A DNA stretch of 64,000 nt from an uncultured Clostridia bacterium (GTDB taxonomy: Bacteria; Bacillota; Clostridia; Christensenellales; UBA1242): assembly GCA_934777505.1 (NCBI GenBank), contig CAKVNM010000001.1, forward strand, positions 294,419-358,418, in the 5' to 3' direction. The translations under genes were made by a program, and so were the position numbers. Positions 27,420 through 36,275 of the stretch are shown here, one piece after another. Numbering within the stretch: position 1 is the stretch's first letter; each line of letters starts with the position of its first letter. Under the pieces are notes generated by a model, which worked only from the letters and a program-made list of their open reading frames with translations, searched no databases and had not been told where the DNA came from.

Positions 27420-28355
27420 TTAAATTATGTCTATAACCTTGCTAAATTTATCTTGTTCTTCCAACTTTTTTGGCATCATGATTGTTTGACTATCGGCATA
27501 ATATCTCATGCCTGTACATTCATAATATGCAACATTTTTGAAAATCAAAAGTGTTAGAACTGATAGTGGAATTGTGATTAATAGTGCAATTCCAAAAGTA
27601 AAGAACACTGCAAACATATTCATTACAAGAAGCAATACTGAAATAATCAAAATATTACTAAAAATTGAAACGAATTTTTTGCTAACTGCTTTAAAGTTGT
27701 TTTTTATTGCTTGACCTAGACTACAATTATTGACAACAAGTGATGTTTCCACACCAACTAAAAGTGTTTGTTTTAGACTTAATATCAAAATAAAGTATAG
27801 CAATGCAACGATTGGAGCAAGTGCTAAAACGCATTTGCTAAGTCCATAATAAATTGCCATTGTTCCACCAACGATAATCAAATCAAAGATAAAACTTGTT
27901 GCAAGTTTTACGAGTCCTAGTTTTGCTGATTTTCCAAAGTTTGCAACATAGCAGTTGATAAAACCAAGTTTTAGGTTGCTACTCATAAACGAGTGAACAT
28001 CATCAACGATTGCTAGATATGAAAGTCTGTCGATGTAGTAGTAGAACACAACAAGCAACACTTGGCTAACGATTGCAAGTGCTAGCAGTCCTGCGTTTGA
28101 CACGATTTCATAAAACTTTTTTACAATCAAAACAGCAATATTAACCAATTCTACAAGGTTAAAATTCAAAAACATATTAGACAAATTTGTCTGTAAAAAT
28201 GTAAAAAAACTTTGACTTATTAGTGCATTTATTATAGGCAAACAAAAGACAGTTGTCAAGCCTATTAGGCAAATTGCCACGATTAATTTATAAAGTAAAA
28301 TTTTCCAAACCATTGAAAAATTGTTTAATATCAACTTAAAAGTACTTTTAAACAT
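27420..28355 (-). CDS. hypothetical polytopic membrane protein
   Basis: Long ORF with at least 6 hydrophobic segments. No motif recognised. Confidence 0.55.
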   Translation of the reverse strand: MFKSTFKLILNNFSMVWKILLYKLIVAICLIGLTTVFCLPIINALISQSFFTFLQTNLSNMFLNFNLVELVNIAVLIVKKFYEIVSNAGLLALAIVSQVLLVVFYYYIDRLSYLAIVDDVHSFMSSNLKLGFINCYVANFGKSAKLGLVKLATSFIFDLIIVGGTMAIYYGLSKCVLALAPIVALLYFILILSLKQTLLVGVETSLVVNNCSLGQAIKNNFKAVSKKFVSIFSNILIISVLLLVMNMFAVFFTFGIALLITIPLSVLTLLIFKNVAYYECTGMRYYADSQTIMMPKKLEEQDKFSKVIDII

Positions 28356-28379
28356 ATATTCTCCATTTTTACATTTGTA

Positions 28380-29195
28380 TTAATAGTTATAATATTTTCG
28401 GTTGTCATATCTTGGAATACTTGATAGTTCAAAATACGATGTCATGCTAAGAGTTGTGTAGTACATAAATAATATCAATGTGCCAAACACATTAGTGATA
28501 TAACATAGCGAACCTTTTAGCAAGCAAGCCATAGGAATTATGATAACAAAAGGAACAATCATTGCAAGCAAAAATTTGAAATTGTTTTTGTTTAAAATTT
28601 TGATTGAATTTGAAATTGCCTGCTTTGTTGGATAGCCACTAATTAGCATATTTGGAATTGTTAGGAATATGATTGCTGTTAGTTGCACAAAGATTGCAAA
28701 CTTTAACGCACAGAAAATGATTGCAACAACAATATTTCCAACATTTGGTGCGCTACCTATTCCACTGATGATAATATGAAGTAGCATCAAAATTGCACTG
28801 AGCAAAAATTGAAGTACGAACCAAATTAGCCAAATCATAGCAATGTTCAAAATAACAACCAAAATGTTATTGTTCAAATATTGACTCATGCTTTTGTAGT
28901 TCAACTTTCCGCTACGCATATGGTTTTCCATTTGACCAATCGCAAGACTAACAAAAATCGAAACGATAATAACTGCAAGGAATGCAAAGAAAATTGTTAG
29001 TGCCTTGAAATCGACTAGTGCATAGAAAATATCTCCAAAACTATTAACGACAATGCCAGAATAGTTAGTCATGAATTCAAAAAGTTTGAAAGGCGACAAA
29101 AGACCGCCAATAAAAGCAGTTGGCACTAGTGCGAGCAAAAAGATATACAAAAAGTTTTTAAATAAATAACTTAAACTGTTCTTCAAATATTTCAT
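28380..29195 (-). CDS. hypothetical polytopic membrane protein
   Basis: Long ORF with about 6 hydrophobic segments, adjacent to and co-oriented with 27420-28355. Confidence 0.55.
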   Translation of the reverse strand: MKYLKNSLSYLFKNFLYIFLLALVPTAFIGGLLSPFKLFEFMTNYSGIVVNSFGDIFYALVDFKALTIFFAFLAVIIVSIFVSLAIGQMENHMRSGKLNYKSMSQYLNNNILVVILNIAMIWLIWFVLQFLLSAILMLLHIIISGIGSAPNVGNIVVAIIFCALKFAIFVQLTAIIFLTIPNMLISGYPTKQAISNSIKILNKNNFKFLLAMIVPFVIIIPMACLLKGSLCYITNVFGTLILFMYYTTLSMTSYFELSSIPRYDNRKYYNY

Positions 29196-29309
29196 AATCT
29201 ATTACCTACATATAATTATATATCATATATACAAAACTTGCAAACATTATTTTTGTTTCTTTTCCAAAAATTATTGTCGAAAAAGTCTTGATTAAAACTA
29301 TTTAAAAGC

Positions 29310-29340
29310 AAAAAAGTTCAAGAAAAATTTGTCTTGAACT
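29310..29340 (-). terminator. intrinsic terminator about 110 nt downstream of cysS
   Basis: AGTTCAAGA/TCTTGAACT stem followed by a U-run on the minus strand. Confidence 0.6.
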
Positions 29341-29449
29341 TTGTAAAAATTATAAAATTTGTTGATTTTTTCTTAAAAAACCCTGTTTTTTGCTGATTTT
29401 TCACTAATTTTTCGTGATTTTTTAGTAATTTTCTAAAATTGTCGCACAA

Positions 29450-30859
29450 TTATAGTTTTTTAACTTTACTTCCGTCTTTGGTGTCGATAATTTCAAATCC
29501 CATGCTTTTGATTTGCTCACGAATAGCGTCAGCGGTGGCAAAATCTCTGTTTTTCTTTGCCATAGTACGCTTTTCAAGTAATTCCAAAATTTCTGCTGGG
29601 ACATTCTCGTGTTCCGTCTTGCGTTCGCTAGCAAACAACTCGCCAATTCCAATTCCAAGAACGGTGTCAAAGTTTTTGAGTAGTTCCACCTTGGTTTTGT
29701 CGTTCATGTCGGCTTTCAAAACATCAAAAATTGTTGTGATTGCCATGGAAGTATTTAGGTCGCTAGCAAGTGCATCTTTGAACTTTTGATTGAACAAATC
29801 AAATTTGTCTTGCTCTAAACTTTCAGCCGAGTTGACATCAAGTTTTGCAATTTTTTCCATCATTTTGTTGTATGCATTTTTGGCTGAATCCAAAATTTCG
29901 TACGAGAACAAAAGTTGTTTTCTGTAATGCGACTGTAAGCAGAAGAACTTGTAAACATCTGGACTGTAACCTTTGGAAGTCAAAAGTGAAAGCGTCAAAA
30001 ACTCACCCGAACTCTTGCTCATTTTACCATGATTTGTGATTAAGTGTTCAACATGGAACCAATATTTGCACCACTTGTGGCCAATATAACTTTCGGTTTG
30101 TGCAATTTCGTTGGTGTGATGTGGGAATCTGTTGTCAACGCCACCGCAGTGAATATCCAAGTTTTCGCCAAGAGTTTTTAGCGAGATTGCCGAACATTCA
30201 ATATGCCAACCGGGGTATCCAACTCCCCAAGGGCTATCCCATTTGAGTGCTTGATTTTCAAACTTTGACTTTGTAAACCACAAAACAAAATCGTTTTTGT
30301 TTTTCTTGTTTGTGTCTTCCAAAACGGAGTCCCTAACACCAACTGCGGTGTCTTCTTCGTTTTGATTGCCAAATCTAAAATATTTTTCAAGTTTTGAAGT
30401 GTCGAAATAAATATTTCCGTTGCTAGCATAAGCATAGCCAGTATCAAGCAGTTTTGTGATGATTTTAATGTAGTCGTCAATGCAAGTTGTGGCTGGCACA
30501 ACAAATTCTGGCCACTTTAAGCGAAGCGCTTGTGTGTCCGCCTTGAATGCATTTGTGTACTCTTGTGCAATTTCCAAAACAGACTTATGTTCCCTTTTTG
30601 CACCAAGAAGCATTTTGTCTTCGCCAGTGTCGCTGTCGTGTTCGAGATGTCCAACATCGGTTATGTTCATAGCACGCTTTACATGATAGCCAAGATAGTT
30701 TAAGGATTTTTCCAAAACATCTTCCATGATGTACGACCTAAGATTGCCGATATGTGCAAAGTGATAAACTGTTGGCCCGCAAGTGTACATTGTGACCATA
30801 TTTTTGTTGGTAGGCTCAAACTGTTCTATAGTTCTAGTTGCTGAGTTGTAAAGTTTCAT
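29450..30859 (-). CDS. cysS: cysteine--tRNA ligase
   Basis: CGPTVYHFAHIGN (HIGH) and KMSKS motifs. ATG at 30859 (MKLYNS) follows AGGAGAG. Confidence 0.9.
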   Translation of the reverse strand: MKLYNSATRTIEQFEPTNKNMVTMYTCGPTVYHFAHIGNLRSYIMEDVLEKSLNYLGYHVKRAMNITDVGHLEHDSDTGEDKMLLGAKREHKSVLEIAQEYTNAFKADTQALRLKWPEFVVPATTCIDDYIKIITKLLDTGYAYASNGNIYFDTSKLEKYFRFGNQNEEDTAVGVRDSVLEDTNKKNKNDFVLWFTKSKFENQALKWDSPWGVGYPGWHIECSAISLKTLGENLDIHCGGVDNRFPHHTNEIAQTESYIGHKWCKYWFHVEHLITNHGKMSKSSGEFLTLSLLTSKGYSPDVYKFFCLQSHYRKQLLFSYEILDSAKNAYNKMMEKIAKLDVNSAESLEQDKFDLFNQKFKDALASDLNTSMAITTIFDVLKADMNDKTKVELLKNFDTVLGIGIGELFASERKTEHENVPAEILELLEKRTMAKKNRDFATADAIREQIKSMGFEIIDTKDGSKVKKL

Positions 30860-30904
30860 ATTCTCTCCTAGTCTGTCAAATTTTGACATATTTTACTTAG
30901 ATAT

Positions 30905-30934
30905 ATTATAGTTATATTCCACAAAACTTGTCAA
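30905..30934 (-). promoter_or_regulatory. promoter of cysS (TTGACA-18-TATAAT)
   Basis: Hexamers read on the minus strand, leaving a short leader that contains a TGTCAAATTTTGACA hairpin. Confidence 0.55.
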
Positions 30935-31062
30935 TGTTTTAACGGCCGATTATTCTTCGCCCACCCAAACTTTTATCATTTTTTACAATTTGCGACACGG
31001 AAGATTAATTCCAAACTTTTACTATTTATAACTCAAATATTTGCACTTTCTTTTATTTACGC

Positions 31063-31096
31063 AAAAAAAGTGCTAACAATTCGTTAGCACTTTTTT
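31063..31096. terminator. bidirectional terminator at the left edge of the phage-like cluster
   Basis: AGTGCTAAC/GTTAGCACT 9-bp stem flanked by A-run and T-run, 7 nt after the holin stop. Confidence 0.7.
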
Positions 31097-31102
31097 GCTA
31101 CA

Positions 31103-31423
31103 TTACTCATTTTTTGTGTTTGGGTTTGGTTTGTCTGTTTGCTTTGAGTCGTATATTTTATCATTAATATCATGACTAATGTTGTCGGCACAACTTTGTG
31201 CTTCGTCTATCTGTTTTTTTAGGTCATCGCTAGGATTATCTTTTTCGTCATCTTTGCTGATAACGCCAAGTGCGATTAAAATTCCAAGAACGGTTGCACA
31301 AATGCTAGTGATTGCAACAATGTTAACCGAAAAATTTAGGACAGTGCCAAGAGTGGTTATTAGCACCACGATTGAAGCAATTAGTCCCACCCAAAATTTA
31401 TAACTTTTCAACTTGTTTTTCAT
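31103..31423 (-). CDS. holin (phi LC3 / LL-H-like family)
   Basis: N-terminal KNKLKSYKFWVGLIASIVVLI, two TM helices and a charged C-terminal tail. AAGGAGAA RBS lies inside the upstream gene. Confidence 0.6.
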   Translation of the reverse strand: MKNKLKSYKFWVGLIASIVVLITTLGTVLNFSVNIVAITSICATVLGILIALGVISKDDEKDNPSDDLKKQIDEAQSCADNISHDINDKIYDSKQTDKPNPNTKNE

Positions 31424-31664
31424 CTGTTTCTCCTTTGGTTAAATTTTTTGTTTTCTTTGACTTTTTGAAAACAATCTGTTTAACCTGTTCGACTTCTGCT
31501 TTGATATCATTAACAACTCCAAGATGGTCTGTTAAATCTTTAATTGTTTGTTGATACTTGTTTTCTCGCTGATGACTGTCTTTTAAAACAAACACAAATA
31601 GTCCCAAAAATAGTACTGCCCAAAGCCCGTTTTTTATTGCCAAATCCAAAATTCGTTCCCACAT
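31398..31664 (-). CDS. BhlA/UviB-family holin-like protein
   Basis: KNGLWAVLFLGLFVFVLKDSHQRENKYQQTIKDLT matches the BhlA/UviB N-terminal TM helix plus the RE.KY signature. Confidence 0.65.
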   Translation of the reverse strand: MWERILDLAIKNGLWAVLFLGLFVFVLKDSHQRENKYQQTIKDLTDHLGVVNDIKAEVEQVKQIVFKKSKKTKNLTKGETDEKQVEKL

Positions 31665-31666
31665 AA

Positions 31667-31834
31667 TTAACCTTCAAAAGATTTTAGCGAAACCGAATTT
31701 AAAAACTCTTGTTTCAAATTTTCATACTCTTTGATGTCAAGACCATTATTGAACATCAAAATTTCTCCGTCAAGAAAGATTTGCTTTTTGTTATACAAGT
31801 CAAAATCTTTTTTCAGCCCGTCAAGCGTTATCAT
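31667..31834 (-). CDS. 55-aa hypothetical protein (unannotated)
   Basis: Hand translation gives MITLDGLKKDFDLYNKKQIFLDGEILMFNNGLDIKEYENLKQEFLNSVSLKSFEG. Its ATG overlaps the upstream stop (ATGA) and it fills the gap to the BhlA gene. Confidence 0.45.
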   Translation of the reverse strand: MITLDGLKKDFDLYNKKQIFLDGEILMFNNGLDIKEYENLKQEFLNSVSLKSFEG

Positions 31835-33357
31835 ATCAAGTTCTCGCTTTCGACCAAATTAACTTTTAAAGTCAAGTTTGATATGTATGCTTTTTGCTCG
31901 GTTGTTTCAATTTTAAAACCTATTTGTTTGCCCGTGAGTCTTACTGGAAATTTGCTGATTGTTTCGCTTCCACGAATTTTGAAAGTCTTTTTTTCTTTCT
32001 CCGTAAAAATTGTTAAGGTGCAGTCGTACTTGCTAATCAAACTAACTTCCTTGACCACTTTTTTCTTGAAAGAATAACCAAGGTCACTGAGTGGCGAACA
32101 CCAATATTTTTGAGTATTGTCTTCAAAAAATTTGCCGTCACTCGTTAGTTCCGCAAGTTTTTTTGTGTTACCAACATTAAAGCAGAACACAAGTTTGTTC
32201 AAGCAGTCGGCTTGAAGCGAAATCATATCGGCAATGTCAAGACCCCTGCAAATTGAATAGGTTTTGTCGAGCGGGTCAAAACAAATCAAGCAGTTGTTTA
32301 TGCAGTTTTCGCTGGACTCGCAACCAACAACTTTGCCGTCATCAAAATTGGCTCTTAAAGCCAAGTAAAACTTTCCGCCGTGATATGCACTAACTGCGTG
32401 CTTGTTGTCGATACCCCTAATCAAGTTTTCAAAACCGAACTCCAATTTTTTTGCGGTAATGCCGTCAAAACTAATAAGACCGTCACGAGTGAGCATAATC
32501 ATTTCGTCACCGCAAATTTGAATAGTGTTTGCGTAAATCATATCACTAGAATGATACATATTTGACCACGAAGGCACATTTTTTTCGTCTTCGTAGTGAG
32601 TTAGTTTTAAGATTGTGTAGTCCCTAAAAATATAGATATGGTTTTGAAAATTGATGAGTTCGTTCATCTTGCCTTGACCGTCATTGACTTCAATCGAGCC
32701 TTCGCCAGCCGTTTTGTCAAACTCGTCACACCAAAGCGGAATGTTATAACTGCTGGTGTATCTTAATGTTTTTTGGTCAATACCAGTGATGTAATAAATT
32801 CGTTTGTTATACTCGCAAAGCGAAACGATTGTTGGACAATTTGGATACGATTTTGGTTGCACCTGACCGTTCCAAACGCACACGCCGTCTGCAACGCTTG
32901 TTAAAACAACCACATCGTTAGAAGCGATTTTTAGGTTGTAGCCTTTAAACTTTTCGGTGTACTCTGGAACTAATCTTGTTGTGGTTGGATATGCTGTGTT
33001 AACCGCAATAAACCAAGGGTGATTGTCGCTAGCATAAAGCACAATTCTATCTCTTTGACCTTGGTGCATTTGGCTATATCCCCTGTAAAAACAAAGCCCT
33101 TTTATGTCGTAATCAAAATCGTCATAGTGAATGATTGTTGTAACGCTATCGTCCAATTTTTGCGTTGGAACAAGAAAATCATTTACGCCAATTCCTTGCG
33201 TTAAAGTTCCATTGTTAAAGTTGAAGTTGTAGCAAGAAACAGCCGTACTCATGCTGGCAATATTTTCGCCAGAATTGATATCAAGTCCCTTGCTAAAATC
33301 GCTAACGGTTAGCGTTATGGTGTCGTTTTTTTTGGTGGTTATGAGTGTGTTTTTCAT
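31831..33357 (-). CDS. phage structural protein, 508 aa (possible tail/nozzle-like protein)
   Basis: Position after the head genes and beta-rich sequence. ATG at 33357 forms TAATG with the upstream stop and follows AAGGTGG. No family recognised by eye. Confidence 0.6.
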   Translation of the reverse strand: MKNTLITTKKNDTITLTVSDFSKGLDINSGENIASMSTAVSCYNFNFNNGTLTQGIGVNDFLVPTQKLDDSVTTIIHYDDFDYDIKGLCFYRGYSQMHQGQRDRIVLYASDNHPWFIAVNTAYPTTTRLVPEYTEKFKGYNLKIASNDVVVLTSVADGVCVWNGQVQPKSYPNCPTIVSLCEYNKRIYYITGIDQKTLRYTSSYNIPLWCDEFDKTAGEGSIEVNDGQGKMNELINFQNHIYIFRDYTILKLTHYEDEKNVPSWSNMYHSSDMIYANTIQICGDEMIMLTRDGLISFDGITAKKLEFGFENLIRGIDNKHAVSAYHGGKFYLALRANFDDGKVVGCESSENCINNCLICFDPLDKTYSICRGLDIADMISLQADCLNKLVFCFNVGNTKKLAELTSDGKFFEDNTQKYWCSPLSDLGYSFKKKVVKEVSLISKYDCTLTIFTEKEKKTFKIRGSETISKFPVRLTGKQIGFKIETTEQKAYISNLTLKVNLVESENLI

Positions 33358-33968
33358 TAGAACCACCTTCTTGACTTCACATAAATTCCGCCAAGTTTGG
33401 CAAAATTTTGATTAAGTGCATTTTCAAATTTTTCCTTCCACATATCGCTTTCGTCATACATTCCTTTGATTAAAGTATAGTATGAACAAACACCATAGCA
33501 CACCGTGAGTAGTGAGAGTTTTCCATAGTAATCATTAAAACTACTTTCAAAATCAAGTTCGTTTGGAATTATTGCGTATTTTATAGTGTAAGTTCCGTCA
33601 CTAACAAGAATATTTCCGCCACTAATGCTATAATTTTGTTTTATTCCACCGCAAGAAATCTCTTTAATTTTAAAGAGTTTTTGAGAAAGAGTATCAATAG
33701 CAATCTTTCCACTTTTACTTGTCACTTCTTCTTCCACAACTATTGGGCGATTTTCGGTTGCAATTTTGATTAAAACGATATTAATCGTATCGAGAATTAG
33801 TCTTAAATCCTTAATCGACTGCTCGTTGTAATAGTCAAGTTCCAAGCCTTCGCAGTTGAACAAGTTTGTGATTGTCATATTATTTTTTTTGCAGTAACTA
33901 ATGCAATTTTTCACATCAAATTCATTCAATAATTTTGCCGTTAAATCTATAATATCTATAACTTTCAT
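33357..33968 (-). CDS. phage structural protein, 203 aa (possible head-tail adaptor)
   Basis: Synteny only. Confidence 0.55.
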   Translation of the reverse strand: MKVIDIIDLTAKLLNEFDVKNCISYCKKNNMTITNLFNCEGLELDYYNEQSIKDLRLILDTINIVLIKIATENRPIVVEEEVTSKSGKIAIDTLSQKLFKIKEISCGGIKQNYSISGGNILVSDGTYTIKYAIIPNELDFESSFNDYYGKLSLLTVCYGVCSYYTLIKGMYDESDMWKEKFENALNQNFAKLGGIYVKSRRWF

Positions 33969-33981
33969 ATAACCTCCTTTT

Positions 33982-34362
33982 TTATTCCCATTTGTTTTGA
34001 TAAGTCTTTAAAAAATCGCCGTCAAAAGTTTTTTGACTCAAAAACTCAAACATTTCTTTTGTTTTAAAAGATGCTTCGTCAATCAAGTTTTGTTCTTGCT
34101 CTCGTTCCAGCTTTTGATTATGCTCCTCCATGTCTTGAAGCAGTTTTTTTCTATGCTCCACTTTGGTTTTTAGAACAAAGTCTACCGAGCGACTATCAAG
34201 AGCCGAAAACGGGAGCACGAGTTCCAAAGTTGACTTTGCTCTTTTGTAGTGGACTTCAAACTTTTTTGACAAAGGATTAAACAAAACAAAGTAGTTTTTG
34301 TCGATACTTTTTAGTCTGTTTGATATGTTAAACAAATCGTTTTTTACTAAAATCTTTTTCAT
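33982..34362 (-). CDS. phage protein, 126 aa
   Basis: Synteny only. The C-terminal half is charged and helical. Confidence 0.55.
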   Translation of the reverse strand: MKKILVKNDLFNISNRLKSIDKNYFVLFNPLSKKFEVHYKRAKSTLELVLPFSALDSRSVDFVLKTKVEHRKKLLQDMEEHNQKLEREQEQNLIDEASFKTKEMFEFLSQKTFDGDFLKTYQNKWE

Positions 34363-34373
34363 AAAAATTAATT

Positions 34374-34399
34374 AAAAAGGCAAAGAAAATTTCTTTGCC
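34374..34399 (-). terminator. intrinsic terminator/attenuator immediately after the capsid gene
   Basis: GGCAAAGAA/TTCTTTGCC 9-bp stem followed by U5 on the minus strand, between the capsid stop (34420) and the next ATG (34362). Confidence 0.6.
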
Positions 34400-34419
34400 A
34401 GTTTAATTACTCCTTTTTG

Positions 34420-35601
34420 TTAGTCTGTTGTTGTGAGTGTAGCAACAATGTTAGAAATTTTTGCTTGACCTGCTGGTTTTTGGCAGATTAAATCTGCGTA
34501 TTTAACGAGTGTTGCTGAATATGTTGCAAAGCCTGCATTTTGTTTTAGAACCTTGCCGTCTTCGCCTTCTAGCCATTGCCAGTCGCAAAGTTGATGCAAA
34601 GCAAAGTCTTTTGTGTTTAGAAGATACATTGTTCCGTCTTCAACAAATCTGTCGGCAACAACTGGAATACCGCTATAACTCATAGCCTTGTATCCGCCTT
34701 GCAAGTCCATAATGTCGATGTTGCGTTTGTTTGTAGACAAATATTGTTGATATAGTCTTTTAACATCGTATGAGCAAGCGATATAGTCAACGGTGCTTCC
34801 AACATTTTCGTCAAGTTTGTCGATTGCGTCTTGAATAACTGTGTCGCTAATCAATTTTTCTGTTGCGTCCATGTGTGGAACTAGCCAACCATTTGTGCTT
34901 CTGTCTACACCATAGATTGTGCCAGTAGAAGCAAAGATTTTGCCAAGACCTGTTAGTTCGTTTCCTTTTGAGCCTTGAACTGTGAGATAGCAGTTTGCAA
35001 CAACCTTTGAATCAAGTGTTTTGCTAACTGTAATTGTTTTATTTGTTCTGTCAACAGATGTAATTCTTGCACCTGCCATTTCGCTAACGATTGCGTTTGC
35101 TGATGTGTAGAAATCAACAACCATGCCTTCGATAAGGTTCTTTACGCTATCCATTGTGATAACGCCACTAGCAACTGATTTTACTGTTGCAAGTTTGCCT
35201 GAGCCATCGCCAAAAAGCATTCTTCCAAAGTTGAATTTGCTAGCCCTGATAAGACCTTCCATTTCGGCGTTCAAAAGGTTAACAAAAGCACCAACAGAAT
35301 ATTCGCTGGCTCTTACTGCCTTGTCTGTGATTTCAATTTTACCGTAAAGGTTTTTAAGTTCTGTAACAAACTTAACATAGTTGTTTCCAGCAGATTGTGG
35401 CAATGCACCTTCTTCTGTGCCTGCACCAATTCCACCATTAATTCCAAATGGTGCAATTTTGATAATTTCTTTGCCATAAACATCTGCCGAAGTTTGTTCG
35501 ATTTTTGCTAAGAGTGGGTTTACTTTGTCGTTTAGTTGATTTGCAACAACATCAAGATAAATTTTCTTTAATGCGTTGTCTGCACTTGTTAATGTAACCA
35601 T
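34420..35601 (-). CDS. major capsid protein (HK97-fold type)
   Basis: 393 aa placed after the scaffold gene. Pattern LYGKIEITDKAVRAS...FVNLLNAEMEGLIRA...MLFGDGSGKLA is typical of Phage_capsid-family proteins. Strong RBS. Confidence 0.7.
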   Translation of the reverse strand: MVTLTSADNALKKIYLDVVANQLNDKVNPLLAKIEQTSADVYGKEIIKIAPFGINGGIGAGTEEGALPQSAGNNYVKFVTELKNLYGKIEITDKAVRASEYSVGAFVNLLNAEMEGLIRASKFNFGRMLFGDGSGKLATVKSVASGVITMDSVKNLIEGMVVDFYTSANAIVSEMAGARITSVDRTNKTITVSKTLDSKVVANCYLTVQGSKGNELTGLGKIFASTGTIYGVDRSTNGWLVPHMDATEKLISDTVIQDAIDKLDENVGSTVDYIACSYDVKRLYQQYLSTNKRNIDIMDLQGGYKAMSYSGIPVVADRFVEDGTMYLLNTKDFALHQLCDWQWLEGEDGKVLKQNAGFATYSATLVKYADLICQKPAGQAKISNIVATLTTTD

Positions 35602-35619
35602 AATATTTCTCCTTTTTTT

Positions 35620-36273
35620 CTACTTATTGTTAACAAGCGACATCATGTATTCTCCTGCTTCTTTGATTGTTTTTGGTTTTGAAGGCGGAGTTATCATCAT
35701 GTTTGCCCCAACTGGCGAAGCCATGATTGGAAGCGTTTTTGACGACATGATTTCGCTCAAATATGTCTCCAAAATTTTTTCTTTGATTTTGTCGTTTTTC
35801 AAAACATAGTTTTCAACAAAATCTTCGTCAACGAGCATTTCGTCTTTTGTTTTGAAGTGGTTTGCCTTTACTTTTTCAAATGCTAAATCAAGGGAGTTTG
35901 GGCTTTCGGCCAAAACTTTATCACTTTTTATAACAGTAGAAATTTCGTCCGCAAACTGTTTTGCGTTTGGATTATCTTCAAAAAATTTGTTAATTTTTTC
36001 GTAATCCGCAAAGCCTTGTGGTGAAGCATCGTTTTCACTAGTAGAAGTTGATGTTTCATTGTCACCTGCTTTTAGTTTGTTTAGTGCTTGACACTTTTTT
36101 GTGAACTCTTTTTCAAGGTTCACATACGCTTTTTCAAGTTCACTAAAATTTTTGAATTTGTTAAGGGAGCCAGATTCTTCAACATTTTGAGCCACTTCTT
36201 CTCTTTGCATAGTAGCACCATTTTTGCTCTCAGTGATGTTTTCTAGTTGTTCCCCGTTTTTTGTTTCTTCCAT
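35620..36273 (-). CDS. capsid scaffolding protein
   Basis: Acidic helical protein between portal and capsid. FKNFSELEKAYVNLEKEFTKKCQ resembles Firmicute phage scaffold proteins. Confidence 0.6.
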   Translation of the reverse strand: MEETKNGEQLENITESKNGATMQREEVAQNVEESGSLNKFKNFSELEKAYVNLEKEFTKKCQALNKLKAGDNETSTSTSENDASPQGFADYEKINKFFEDNPNAKQFADEISTVIKSDKVLAESPNSLDLAFEKVKANHFKTKDEMLVDEDFVENYVLKNDKIKEKILETYLSEIMSSKTLPIMASPVGANMMITPPSKPKTIKEAGEYMMSLVNNK

Positions 36274-36275
36274 TA

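Noticed and set aside
4345-29407. Recurring 9-mer TTCACTAAT or its complement (4345-4353, 25173-25181, 25202-25210, 29399-29407) in intergenic regions
   Set aside because: A rough composition-based expectation for an AT-rich 9-mer on both strands of 64 kb is 1-2 occurrences. Four is not compelling, and two of them belong to one terminator region.
30940-30990. GGGTGG-containing segment upstream of cysS as a possible T-box leader
   Set aside because: On the minus strand it reads AGTTTGGGTGGGCGAAG, not the AGGGTGGTACCGCG T-box. It lies upstream of the best promoter (30905-30934), and no specifier or terminator-antiterminator structure is evident. hisS and asnS also lack T-box leaders.
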